NCBI GenBank assembly: GCA_031425195.1
Contig: JANPIX010000024.1
Location: 48,442-112,441 of the forward strand
Direction of reading: 5' to 3'
Origin: Gemmobacter sp.
Lineage (GTDB): Bacteria > Pseudomonadota > Alphaproteobacteria > Rhodobacterales > Rhodobacteraceae
Length of the DNA stretch: 64,000 bases
Under the pieces are notes generated by a model that made no database searches, was not told the DNA's origin, and saw only the letters and a program-made list of their open reading frames with translations. Below are positions 19,864 through 28,744 of the stretch, in pieces. Both the position numbers and the translations under genes were made by a program. Within the stretch, counting starts at the first letter, position 1, and each line of letters begins with the position of its first letter.

Positions 19864-19879
19864 TGTTTCACATGAAACA
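19864..19879. other. parS-like centromere site TGTTTCACATGAAACA (15/16 to TGTTTCACGTGAAACA)
   Basis: Read directly in the sequence. It spans the mnmE/mnmG junction and contains the probable mnmG ATG (19872). Confidence 0.6.
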
Positions 19880-21737
19880 TTTTGACGTCATCGTCATCGG
19901 CGGAGGCCATGCTGGCACTGAAGCGGCAACGGCTGCGGCCCGCTGCTGTGCACAAGTTGCGTTGGTTACCATGTCGTTTTCCAACTTAGGGGTCATGTCG
20001 TGCAACCCTGCCATTGGTGGATTGGGAAAGGGCCATCTTGTTCGTGAAATCGATGCGTTGGACGGCATATTGGGGCAAGCCGCGGATCGCAGCGGCATCC
20101 AGTTCCGACTGCTAAATCGTCGCAAGGGGCCAGCGGTACAAGGGCCCCGTCTTCAGGCTGATCGAAAACTCTTCAAAGCCGCAGTGCAGGCCGCATTGTC
20201 TGCAACCCAGAACCTGACGATTATAGCTGCCGAAGTCATCGATGTTACCGTGCATGGTGGTTCAGTGTCTGGCGTTGTACTCGCCGATGGTGAAACGTTA
20301 TCAGCCGGCAGCGTCGTTCTGACAGCAGGAACATTTCTGAACGGAATCGTTCATATAGGCGGCGACAGGACATCTGGTGGCAGAGTGGGCGACAAGGCAT
20401 CCACACGCCTGGCATCTACATTAGGAGAGTTGGGCTTGCCGCAAGGCAGGCTTAAAACCGGGACACCCCCACGTCTTGATGGTTCAACGATAGACTGGGC
20501 CAAGCTGGAGAGCCAAAAGGGCGACGACAGCCCGATAATGCTATCTTTCCTGAACACAGCACCGTTTGTTCGTCAAATCAGCTGTGGCATCACGCATACA
20601 AATGAAAAGACGCACGACGTCGTTCGGACGAATCTTGCTTTGTCTGCCATGTACGGTGGCCATATCGCGGGGGTGGGGCCGCGCTACTGCCCATCGATAG
20701 AAGACAAGATCGTTCGATTTTCGGATAAGTCGTCACATCAGGTTTTTCTCGAACCTGAGGGGCTTGACGATAACACGGTATATCCCAACGGCATTTCGAC
20801 ATCACTGCCGGCCGATGTGCAGGAAGCCTATGTCCGTACGATTGCTGGATTGGAAAACGTTCGCATCACGCAACCTGGTTATGCCATTGAATATGATTTC
20901 TTTGATCCTCGAAGCTTGCGGCAAACGCTTGAGCTGCGTGAGGTTGGGGGCTTGTATTTCGCTGGTCAGATTAACGGTACGACTGGTTATGAAGAAGCGG
21001 CAGCGCAAGGCTTGGTTGCCGGGCTCAACGCCGCCAAGCGCGCCCGTGGCGATCAGGGCATCACGTTTAGGCGCAGCGAAAGCTACATAGGTGTGCTTGT
21101 CGATGATCTGACAACAACGGGCGTGACGGAACCGTACCGGATGTTCACATCGCGTGCCGAGTACAGGTTAAGCCTTCGTGCCGACAATGCTGACCAAAGA
21201 TTGACGCCAATTGGCGATGCGGCCGGCTGCATTTCTGAAGCGCGACGCGCCCAATTTGAGACCAAGATGGAAGAAATTTGTAGCGGCCGAAACCTGTTGG
21301 AAAATGTCTGTCTTTTGCCGTCAGATGTAGCAGCCATGGGGATCGCTATTTCCGATGACGGTGTGCGCCGCACCGCCTTGTCACTTTTGTCCTTTCCCGA
21401 CGTGACTGCGGACATTCTCGCAAAATTTGTCGAAGGTTTTTCTTCTGTTCAGCCAGAAATCCGTGAACAGATTGCCAAAGATGCTTTGTATGCCCCCTAC
21501 ATCGCACGTCAGTTGGGTGAGGTTGCCGCGCTAGCCCGGGATGAAGGCATTGAGATTCCTGCCGAGTTTTCCTATGGGCAAATTGCCAGTCTGTCGCATG
21601 AACTGAAAGTGAAGCTGACGCGCGTTCAACCCCGCAATCTACATGAAGCGGGACGGATTGAAGGTATGACTCCGGCGGCACTGCTGGTCCTTTTGGCACA
21701 TCTTAGGCGTCCGCAGGCAAAGCGGGCTATCGCGTGA
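19872..21737 (+). CDS. mnmG: tRNA uridine 5-carboxymethylaminomethyl modification enzyme MnmG (GidA)
   Basis: [22 protein letters not shown] motif, [11 protein letters not shown], ~621 aa. Confidence 0.96.
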   Translation: MKHFDVIVIGGGHAGTEAATAAARCCAQVALVTMSFSNLGVMSCNPAIGGLGKGHLVREIDALDGILGQAADRSGIQFRLLNRRKGPAVQGPRLQADRKLFKAAVQAALSATQNLTIIAAEVIDVTVHGGSVSGVVLADGETLSAGSVVLTAGTFLNGIVHIGGDRTSGGRVGDKASTRLASTLGELGLPQGRLKTGTPPRLDGSTIDWAKLESQKGDDSPIMLSFLNTAPFVRQISCGITHTNEKTHDVVRTNLALSAMYGGHIAGVGPRYCPSIEDKIVRFSDKSSHQVFLEPEGLDDNTVYPNGISTSLPADVQEAYVRTIAGLENVRITQPGYAIEYDFFDPRSLRQTLELREVGGLYFAGQINGTTGYEEAAAQGLVAGLNAAKRARGDQGITFRRSESYIGVLVDDLTTTGVTEPYRMFTSRAEYRLSLRADNADQRLTPIGDAAGCISEARRAQFETKMEEICSGRNLLENVCLLPSDVAAMGIAISDDGVRRTALSLLSFPDVTADILAKFVEGFSSVQPEIREQIAKDALYAPYIARQLGEVAALARDEGIEIPAEFSYGQIASLSHELKVKLTRVQPRNLHEAGRIEGMTPAALLVLLAHLRRPQAKRAIA

Positions 21738-22339
21738 CGGGTACACTTGATGTTTCACGTGAAACGCTGCTGCGATTGGCCGAATTGCAAGCGCTTGTCA
21801 CAAAGTGGACGAAAGCAATCAATCTGATCTCGAAAACGACTGTAACTTCAACTTTCACGCGTCATATTGTTGACTCAGCCCAAATCTTTGATCTTGCTCC
21901 AAAAAAAGCAGCCTGCTGGGTCGACATGGGAAGTGGCGCGGGCTTTCCAGGCCTGGTTATCGCATGCATCAGCGCAGAAAAAAATCGCGATATGCGGGTC
22001 ATCCTCATCGAGTCAGATCAGCGAAAGGCAACATTTCTTCGACACGCTGCTCAGGCATTGAACCTTGAGGTAGACGTGCGCGACGAACGGATTGAAGCAT
22101 CGCTGCCTGCCATGGCCGATGTTGCCTCGGCTCGGGCCTTGGGCTCTTTGGATCAACTCTGTGGCTTTGCTGATCGCCATCTCAAATTGGGCGGAACGGC
22201 GCTCTTTCACAAGGGGGCCCGCTACGAAGACGAGGTTGCCGCCGCGCAACGGCATTGGAACTTTGATCTGACAAAGGTAGACAGCGTTACCGACCCCGCC
22301 GCCGTTATTCTTCAACTAAAAGGTTTAGTCCATGCCTGA
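21734..22339 (+). CDS. rsmG: 16S rRNA (guanine527-N7)-methyltransferase RsmG (GidB)
   Basis: [11 protein letters not shown] and SAM motif [14 protein letters not shown]. The GTG start overlaps the mnmG stop. Confidence 0.93.
   Translation: MTGTLDVSRETLLRLAELQALVTKWTKAINLISKTTVTSTFTRHIVDSAQIFDLAPKKAACWVDMGSGAGFPGLVIACISAEKNRDMRVILIESDQRKATFLRHAAQALNLEVDVRDERIEASLPAMADVASARALGSLDQLCGFADRHLKLGGTALFHKGARYEDEVAAAQRHWNFDLTKVDSVTDPAAVILQLKGLVHA
21751..21766. other. parS-like centromere site TGTTTCACGTGAAACG (15/16)
   Basis: Lies inside rsmG codons 6-11, where it encodes the conserved RsmG N-terminal motif D-V-S-R-E-T. Confidence 0.65.
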
Positions 22340-23159
22340 CGTGTCTGGCAGCAAATTCCCGAAGATCGTGGCCATAACCAACCAAAAGGGAGGAGTTGGA
22401 AAAACGACGACGGCGATCAACTTGGCAGCCGGGCTCGCAGAACTGAACTTTCGTGTCTTGTTGATCGACATTGATCCGCAGGGTAATGCCTCCACGGGTC
22501 TGGGTGTGGAAGCCGCAGACCGCCGTTTGACGAGCTACGATCTTCTTCTGGACCATCGTTCTTTGGCTGACGTCATTCGTCCGACTGCCGTAGAAGGTCT
22601 GCTTATTTGTCCGGCGAACGCAGATCTTGCGTCGGCTGACATGGATTTGATGCAAAATCCCAACCGTACGCTTCAACTTCGACGTGCCTTGCACAACCCA
22701 TCGACATCTGGCTTGAACATCAACTATATATTGATTGACTGTCCGCCTTCACTGAACCTTCTTACCGTCAATGCGCTGGTGGCGAGCGACGCCGTTCTCG
22801 TCCCCTTACAAGCAGAATTTTTCGCTCTCGAAGGTCTGTCCCAGTTGCTTCTCACCATACGTGAGATTCGCCAGTCCGCAAATGCGGCCCTCAGGGTTGA
22901 AGGTGTCGTGTTAACGATGTTTGACGGGCGCAACAATCTTTCGCTTCAGGTCGAACGCGATGCCCGCGAAACGCTTGGCGATCTTGTGTTTCGGACGGTG
23001 ATACCCCGCAATGTCCGGGTAAGCGAAGCGCCCTCTTACGCCCAATCCGTGCTAAGCTATGATACAGCATCGAAAGGGTCAGAGGCTTACCGGGCCCTTG
23101 CGCGGGAGTTTGTGGCCCGTCAATCTCCGGCCTACCTGCAGACAAAAGGCGCAGCCTGA
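22332..23159 (+). CDS. parA: chromosome partitioning ATPase ParA
   Basis: KIVAITNQKGGVGKTTTAINLA deviant Walker A. Lies upstream of parB. Confidence 0.95.
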   Translation: MPDVSGSKFPKIVAITNQKGGVGKTTTAINLAAGLAELNFRVLLIDIDPQGNASTGLGVEAADRRLTSYDLLLDHRSLADVIRPTAVEGLLICPANADLASADMDLMQNPNRTLQLRRALHNPSTSGLNINYILIDCPPSLNLLTVNALVASDAVLVPLQAEFFALEGLSQLLLTIREIRQSANAALRVEGVVLTMFDGRNNLSLQVERDARETLGDLVFRTVIPRNVRVSEAPSYAQSVLSYDTASKGSEAYRALAREFVARQSPAYLQTKGAA

Positions 23160-24079
23160 TGACGAAACTCCCAGAACGACGCGGCCTTGGTCGTGGCCTT
23201 TCCGCACTTATGGCTGATATTCAACCGAACGCCGTTCGCTCCGACAACGCGTCAAACAGCAGCGACTATCGCGGTGAAACCCTTGTTCCTGTTGAAAAAA
23301 TCCGGCCCAATCCGCAACAGCCCCGGCGTACATTCGCCCCAGAAGCCTTGCAGGAACTGGCAGATTCCCTGCGCCAAAAAGGCATTTTGCAACCCCTGAT
23401 CGTTCGCGCCGTCGCGGGTTCCGACATGTTCGAAATTGTGGCGGGGGAACGCCGCTGGCGGGCCGCGCAGATGGCCCAAATTCACGAACTGCCAGTCATT
23501 ATCCGTGCCTTTGATGATGACGAAGTGTTGCAGGTCGCAATCATCGAAAACATTCAACGCGCCGATCTTAACGCAATCGAAGAGGCCGCAGGCTACCGTC
23601 ATCTGATGGACAAGTTCGGGCACACCCAGGAAAAACTTGCCGAAGCCCTGTCCAAAAGCCGCAGTCATATCGCCAATCTTCTAAGGCTCCTCAATCTACC
23701 CGAAGACGTGCAGGCGCACCTTCGTGCGGGTCGGCTGACGGCTGGGCATGCACGGGCATTGATCACGGCACCAAATCCGTCCGCACTGGCTCATCTCGTG
23801 ATTGACCAGAGCCTGTCGGTGCGCGAAACCGAACAACTGGTTAAGTCGCGCATGAAGGGCAAGGCCGACCCAACCCCGCGCAAGTCGTTTCCGCCGCAGA
23901 AAGATGCCGATACCCGCGCACTCGAATCTGACCTTTCCGCAAACCTTCGCATGGGCGTCAGCATCACACACGAACCGGGCGGGGAACGCGGCACCCTGGC
24001 CATCCGCTATGCCACGCTGGATGATCTTGATCTTCTATGCCGTGCCTTGTCCGCCTTGCCTCGTGATGGATCCATCTGA
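23159..24079 (+). CDS. parB: chromosome partitioning protein ParB
   Basis: NPQQPRR, ILQPLIVR, IVAGERRWRAA, and HTH TQEKLAEALSKSRSHIANLLRLL. TGATG junction with parA. Confidence 0.95.
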   Translation: MTKLPERRGLGRGLSALMADIQPNAVRSDNASNSSDYRGETLVPVEKIRPNPQQPRRTFAPEALQELADSLRQKGILQPLIVRAVAGSDMFEIVAGERRWRAAQMAQIHELPVIIRAFDDDEVLQVAIIENIQRADLNAIEEAAGYRHLMDKFGHTQEKLAEALSKSRSHIANLLRLLNLPEDVQAHLRAGRLTAGHARALITAPNPSALAHLVIDQSLSVRETEQLVKSRMKGKADPTPRKSFPPQKDADTRALESDLSANLRMGVSITHEPGGERGTLAIRYATLDDLDLLCRALSALPRDGSI

Positions 24080-24099
24080 TCGCCCTTTGTCGGGCGCTA

Positions 24100-25257
24100 T
24101 TACGCGACAACAAGGCCCTTGATCACCTGATTGAGTACGAGCCGCCCAGATGCGGTCGCTGACAGACGATCATCCGCGGTGACGAGCATTCCGATATCTA
24201 CCAGATGAGCTATTTTTGCGACGTCCAGCGGTTGGCCCGCGAGCGCATGGTACCGGGACATTGAAATCCCATCCCGCAGCCGCAATCCCATCATCACATA
24301 TTCGGCAGCCCGGTCTGACGAGGACAACATCTCTGGCGTGTTCTCACCGGTCGCCCGCTGCTCTACCCGCATCAACCATTCTCCCGGTGGCTTTGGCGTG
24401 TCGGTTGCCCACCGAACGCCTCCCATCGTCAGGCGGCCATGTGCACCGGGGCCGATCCCCGCATAATCGCCTGCCTGCCAGTAAATCAGGTTATGCCGCG
24501 ATTCCGCCCCTGGCATCGAATGGTTAGACACCTCGTAGGCCGGATAGCCCGCCGCTTCGCACAATTCCTGCGTCAATTCATGGAAGTCGGCCGCCAGGTC
24601 TTCATTTGGCAGGCCTTTCAAGCCACCCCGGGCCTGCCGATCACCAAATGCCGTGCCCGGCTCGATGGTCAGCTGATAAAGCGAAAGATGGTCGGCTGCC
24701 ATGTGCAGCGCCTCGGTCAATTCTGACCGCCATTCATGCAACGTCTGATGTTGCCGCGCATAGATAAGGTCAAAACTGACACGGTCAAAGTTTCGTGTTG
24801 CAATATCAAAGGCTTGCTTTCCATCTGCAACGGTATGAAGTCGGCCAAGGCGCTGGAGGTCTGCATCGTTCAAGGCTTGAAACCCCATAGACACCCGGTT
24901 CACCCCTGCCGCCCGGTACCCCTGAAACCTTGCCGTTTCGACAGACCCGGGATTGGCTTCCAACGTGATCTCCACGTCATTCGCCATTCGCCACGTCGCG
25001 GCAACCCGGTCCAGAATTGCGCCGACGATCCGGGGCTCCATGAGCGATGGCGTCCCCCCGCCAAAGAAAACGGAATTCAGCACACGCCCTTGGGTTTGAT
25101 CGCCAATGCGGTCAATTTCCTCCAAATAGGCCCGCAGCCAGCGATCCTGATCGATACTGGCCGCGACATGGCTGTTGAAATCGCAATAGGGGCATTTCGA
25201 CTGACAAAACGGCCAATGCAGGTAGAGCCCGAAACCGCCATGCCGCCAATCTTCCAT
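24100..25257 (-). CDS. hemW: radical SAM heme chaperone HemW (HemN-like)
   Basis: LYLHWPFCQSKCPYCDFNS CxxxCxxC motif, ~385 aa. Confidence 0.9.
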   Translation of the reverse strand: MEDWRHGGFGLYLHWPFCQSKCPYCDFNSHVAASIDQDRWLRAYLEEIDRIGDQTQGRVLNSVFFGGGTPSLMEPRIVGAILDRVAATWRMANDVEITLEANPGSVETARFQGYRAAGVNRVSMGFQALNDADLQRLGRLHTVADGKQAFDIATRNFDRVSFDLIYARQHQTLHEWRSELTEALHMAADHLSLYQLTIEPGTAFGDRQARGGLKGLPNEDLAADFHELTQELCEAAGYPAYEVSNHSMPGAESRHNLIYWQAGDYAGIGPGAHGRLTMGGVRWATDTPKPPGEWLMRVEQRATGENTPEMLSSSDRAAEYVMMGLRLRDGISMSRYHALAGQPLDVAKIAHLVDIGMLVTADDRLSATASGRLVLNQVIKGLVVA

Positions 25258-25259
25258 GA

Positions 25260-25634
25260 TCAGCCCTTGAATGCCGTGACTTCGATCTCGATCAGCATTT
25301 CTGGCCGGATCAGTCCGGCAATCACCATAGTGGCCGCTGGACGGATCTTACCCAGATGTGCGCCGAGAACCGGGGTCACTTGGTCGACAAGATTGGCGTC
25401 GGTGACAGTGTATTGCACGCGAACGATATCTCCCATTTCAAACCCCGCCTGATCCAGAACACCCCCGATCGTCGCAAAGCAGTTTTCGGCCTGATCCGCG
25501 ATGTCGGCAGGTATGGTCATTGTTGCATAGTCATAACCCGTGACGCCCGACACGAAACACCAGCCACCTTTGACGATGGCCCGGCTGTAACCCATCGTGT
25601 CTTCGAAGGGCGAACCCGTGGAAATCCGTTTCAT
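25260..25634 (-). CDS. RidA/YjgF family protein
   Basis: MKRISTGSPFEDTMGYSRAIVKGGWCFVSG... with the typical RidA-like size (124 aa). ATGA overlap with the rdgB stop. Confidence 0.8.
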   Translation of the reverse strand: MKRISTGSPFEDTMGYSRAIVKGGWCFVSGVTGYDYATMTIPADIADQAENCFATIGGVLDQAGFEMGDIVRVQYTVTDANLVDQVTPVLGAHLGKIRPAATMVIAGLIRPEMLIEIEVTAFKG

Positions 25635-26239
25635 GTAAAACACCCGGCGACCAGTTTGCGAAATGCGTCGGCCCTGTGGCTTATCCGGTTCTTGGCCCAG
25701 CGATCCATCTGGCCAAATGTGATGTCAAAGCCATCAGGCTGAAAAATCGGGTCATAACCGTGACCCTGATCACCGCGCATCGGCCAAACAACCTCGCCCG
25801 GCATCACACCCTCGAACACCTCGTCATGCCCATCGGGCCATGCAAGGACGAGCGTGCAGCGAAACTGCGCCCGGCGCGGGAAAAGGGCCTTCGCCGCCTC
25901 AAGTTCCGCCCAGGTGCGGGCCATCGCCATCACGAAATCCCGGCCATTGGGCGTTTCCGCCCAGTCTGCCGTGTACACCCCCGGCGCGCCGCCCAATGCG
26001 TCCACCGAGATACCGCTGTCGTCAGCAAGCGACGGCAGTCGCGTAGATGTGGCCGCGGCATGTGCCTTGATCCGCGCATTGCCGATGAACGTGGTTTCGG
26101 TTTCCGCAGGTTCGGCCAGCCCAAGATCAGCCGCAGACAGCACTTTGACAGCAAAGGGCGTCAGAAGCGCCGCAATTTCTTCCTGTTTTCCCCGGTTATG
26201 GGTGGCCACCACCAGTTGATCACCCTGAAACTTGCGCAT
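25631..26239 (-). CDS. rdgB: dITP/XTP pyrophosphatase RdgB
   Basis: LVVATHNRGKQEEI, DDSGISVDALGGAPGVY, GHGYDPIF. Confidence 0.93.
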   Translation of the reverse strand: MRKFQGDQLVVATHNRGKQEEIAALLTPFAVKVLSAADLGLAEPAETETTFIGNARIKAHAAATSTRLPSLADDSGISVDALGGAPGVYTADWAETPNGRDFVMAMARTWAELEAAKALFPRRAQFRCTLVLAWPDGHDEVFEGVMPGEVVWPMRGDQGHGYDPIFQPDGFDITFGQMDRWAKNRISHRADAFRKLVAGCFT

Positions 26240-26242
26240 CGC

Positions 26243-26956
26243 TTACAGGATCGCCGCCTTTTGCGCCGCGACCAGCATCTTGCAGCCGGCTTCTGACAGA
26301 TCAAGCAGGGCCATCATTTCCTCGCGCGTAAAGCTGGCCCCTTCGGCAGACATCTGCACTTCGATCAATCGTCCGGCACCCGTCAGGATAAAGTTGCCAT
26401 CGGTGCCAGCTGCTGAATCTTCGGCGTAATCCAGATCTAGAACCGGCTGCCCGCCATAAATTCCACAGGAAATAGCAGCAACATGGTCAAGGATCGGGTC
26501 CGAATGAATGATCCCCGACGAAAGCAGTTTGTTCACTGCAAGACGAAGTGCAACCCAGCCACCTGTGATGGCCGCACAGCGCGTGCCCCCGTCTGCCTGC
26601 AGGACATCGCAATCGATCACGATTTGCCGTTCGCCCATTGCACTGCGGTCGACGCCCGCGCGCAGTGCCCGCCCGATAAGGCGTTGAATTTCTTGTGTGC
26701 GGCCTGACTGTTTGCCTGCGGCCGCTTCACGGCGATTCCGGCTGTTGGTGGCGCGCGGCAGCATCCCGTATTCCGCGGTGACCCAACCAAGACCCGTGTT
26801 CTTCAGGAACGACGGGGCCTTGTCCTCGATGGTCGCGGAACACAGCACATGGGTTTCGCCAACCTTGATCAGGCAGGACCCTTCCGCATGTTTCATGACG
26901 CCTGTTTCAATTGAAATCAGCCGTGGTTCATTCAGATTTCTGCCAGAAGGCCGCAT
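26243..26956 (-). CDS. rph: ribonuclease PH
   Basis: [39 protein letters not shown] at 26956. Confidence 0.95.
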   Translation of the reverse strand: MRPSGRNLNEPRLISIETGVMKHAEGSCLIKVGETHVLCSATIEDKAPSFLKNTGLGWVTAEYGMLPRATNSRNRREAAAGKQSGRTQEIQRLIGRALRAGVDRSAMGERQIVIDCDVLQADGGTRCAAITGGWVALRLAVNKLLSSGIIHSDPILDHVAAISCGIYGGQPVLDLDYAEDSAAGTDGNFILTGAGRLIEVQMSAEGASFTREEMMALLDLSEAGCKMLVAAQKAAIL

Positions 26957-27054
26957 CGATTTTTCCTTTGATCTGTTGTTGCAGATAGGCCGCATCAGAC
27001 CCCATTTGCAACCCTGATGGAATGTCGCGCTTTAGGCATTAGCAAACCGCCGGA

Positions 27055-27083
27055 TTGACGCCCCATGCCACCTGCCGCTAATC
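27055..27083 (+). promoter_or_regulatory. candidate promoter of hrcA-grpE (TTGACG-N17-CTAATC, resembles the alphaproteobacterial sigma32/sigma70 form)
   Basis: Hexamers and 17-nt spacing read directly. It lies 24 nt upstream of the ATG at 27107 and would exclude the tracked start at 27065. Confidence 0.3.
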
Positions 27084-27106
27084 TGCCTTGCCCTGAAAGT
27101 GACCTG

Positions 27107-28177
27107 ATGAACGATCCATCCCACCTTTTGTCCGACATGACCGAACGCTCGCGCGAGGTGTTTCGCCGGGTGGTCGAAGGTTACCTCGCGAATGGTGATC
27201 CCGTCGGTTCACGCACTCTGACCCGGACCATGTCGGAAAAGGTAAGTGCGGCCACAATCCGAAATGTCATGCAAGACCTTGAATATATGGGACTTCTTGA
27301 TAGCCCTCATGTTTCTGCCGGGCGCATTCCCACGCAAACCGGTTTACGCATCTTTGTCGACGGCTTGCTGGAAGTGGGAAGTGTGACGGACGCTGACCGC
27401 GAATTGATCGACGCCTCGCTTGGATCAAGCCAGTCAGATGTGGCAACCTTGCTCGACAGGGTTGGGTCCACACTTTCAGGCCTGACCCGCGGGGCGAGCC
27501 TCGTTCTTGCACCCAAGCAGGAATCGGCCATCAAGCATCTCGAATTCGTGAGCCTGGGCCCCGACCGGGCGCTTGTGGTGATTGTGTTCGCAGACGGTCA
27601 TGTTGAAAACCGTTTGTTTACCCCGCCACCGGGCCTGACCCCCTCCGCACTGCGTGAGGCGGCGAACTTTTTGAACGCCCTGGCCGAGGGGAAAACACTG
27701 GCGGAGCTGCGTCTGACGGTTTCTGCCGACATCACGCGCAGGCGGCAGGAAATCGATACGCTTGCTGGCGACATGGTCAACAGTGGCCTTGCCGTGTGGC
27801 AGGATGCGGGCGAACCGACAGAAAGGCTGATTGTGCGCGGTCGTGCCAATCTTCTGGAAAATGCCGCCGATGCGCCGGATCTTGAACGCGTCCGGCAGCT
27901 TTTCGATGATCTGGAACGTACGCGCGATATCGCAGACTTTCTGGAATTGGCCGAGTCTGGCGACGGCGTCCGCATTTTTATCGGCTCAGAGAACAAGTTG
28001 TTTTCACTTTCGGGTTCCTCTCTGGTGGTTGCTCCCTATATGAACGCTGACCGAAAGATCATCGGGGCGGTCGGCGTGATCGGCCCGACCCGGCTGAATT
28101 ACGGGCGAATCGTGCCCATTGTGGATTACACGGCGCAACTTGTCGGACGGTTGATGTCGGACCGAACGAAGGGATAG
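27107..28177 (+). CDS. hrcA: heat-inducible transcription repressor HrcA
   Basis: ERSREVFRRVVEGYLANGDPVGSRTLTR winged-helix N-terminus, directly upstream of grpE. The start is 27107 or 27137. Confidence 0.92.
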   Translation: MNDPSHLLSDMTERSREVFRRVVEGYLANGDPVGSRTLTRTMSEKVSAATIRNVMQDLEYMGLLDSPHVSAGRIPTQTGLRIFVDGLLEVGSVTDADRELIDASLGSSQSDVATLLDRVGSTLSGLTRGASLVLAPKQESAIKHLEFVSLGPDRALVVIVFADGHVENRLFTPPPGLTPSALREAANFLNALAEGKTLAELRLTVSADITRRRQEIDTLAGDMVNSGLAVWQDAGEPTERLIVRGRANLLENAADAPDLERVRQLFDDLERTRDIADFLELAESGDGVRIFIGSENKLFSLSGSSLVVAPYMNADRKIIGAVGVIGPTRLNYGRIVPIVDYTAQLVGRLMSDRTKG

Positions 28178-28180
28178 CGA

Positions 28181-28735
28181 ATGACGGACGAAAGGAAAGA
28201 CAGCATGACTGAACAGGCAGAAACCGAACAAGAAGCGGTTGTCGATCAGCCAGATGCCGCGATGACGGGCGAACTTGATGCTCTGCGGGCGGAACGTGAT
28301 GAGCTGCGCGACAGATTCATGCGGGTTCTTGCCGATGCCGAAAACTCTCGCAAGCGGGGCGAGCGTGATCGTCGCGAGGCGGAGCAATACGGCGGATCAA
28401 AGCTCGCCCGGGACATGCTGCCTGTCTATGACAACCTTCGGCGCGCCGTCGACGCCGCCAGTGAAGAACAGCGCACAGTGGCCGCTGCCTTGTTCGAAGG
28501 GGTGGAGTTGACCATGCGCGAATTGGTCAACGTGATGTCCAAACACGGTGTGACAAAAGTTGCCCCTCAGGTTGGCGACAAGTTCGATCCCCAGATGCAC
28601 GAAGCAATGTTCGAGGCGGCCTTGCCCGGCACCAAGGCGGGAGAAATCATTCAGGTGATGACTGAAGGGTTTCTTTTGCACGACCGGCTGCTGCGCCCCG
28701 CCCAAGTGGGCGTTTCGTCCAATACTCAGGGCTGA
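28181..28735 (+). CDS. grpE: nucleotide exchange factor GrpE
   Basis: LRDRFMRVLADAENSRKRGERD, and FDPQMHEAM...GFLLHDRLLRPAQV. Confidence 0.94.
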   Translation: MTDERKDSMTEQAETEQEAVVDQPDAAMTGELDALRAERDELRDRFMRVLADAENSRKRGERDRREAEQYGGSKLARDMLPVYDNLRRAVDAASEEQRTVAAALFEGVELTMRELVNVMSKHGVTKVAPQVGDKFDPQMHEAMFEAALPGTKAGEIIQVMTEGFLLHDRLLRPAQVGVSSNTQG

Positions 28736-28744
28736 CAAGGCCCT

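Noticed and set aside
27036-27070. Possible CIRCE operator upstream of hrcA (TTAGCAAAC...)
   Set aside because: The right arm (GACGCCCCA) does not match GAGTGCTAA. Only one half-site is recognisable.
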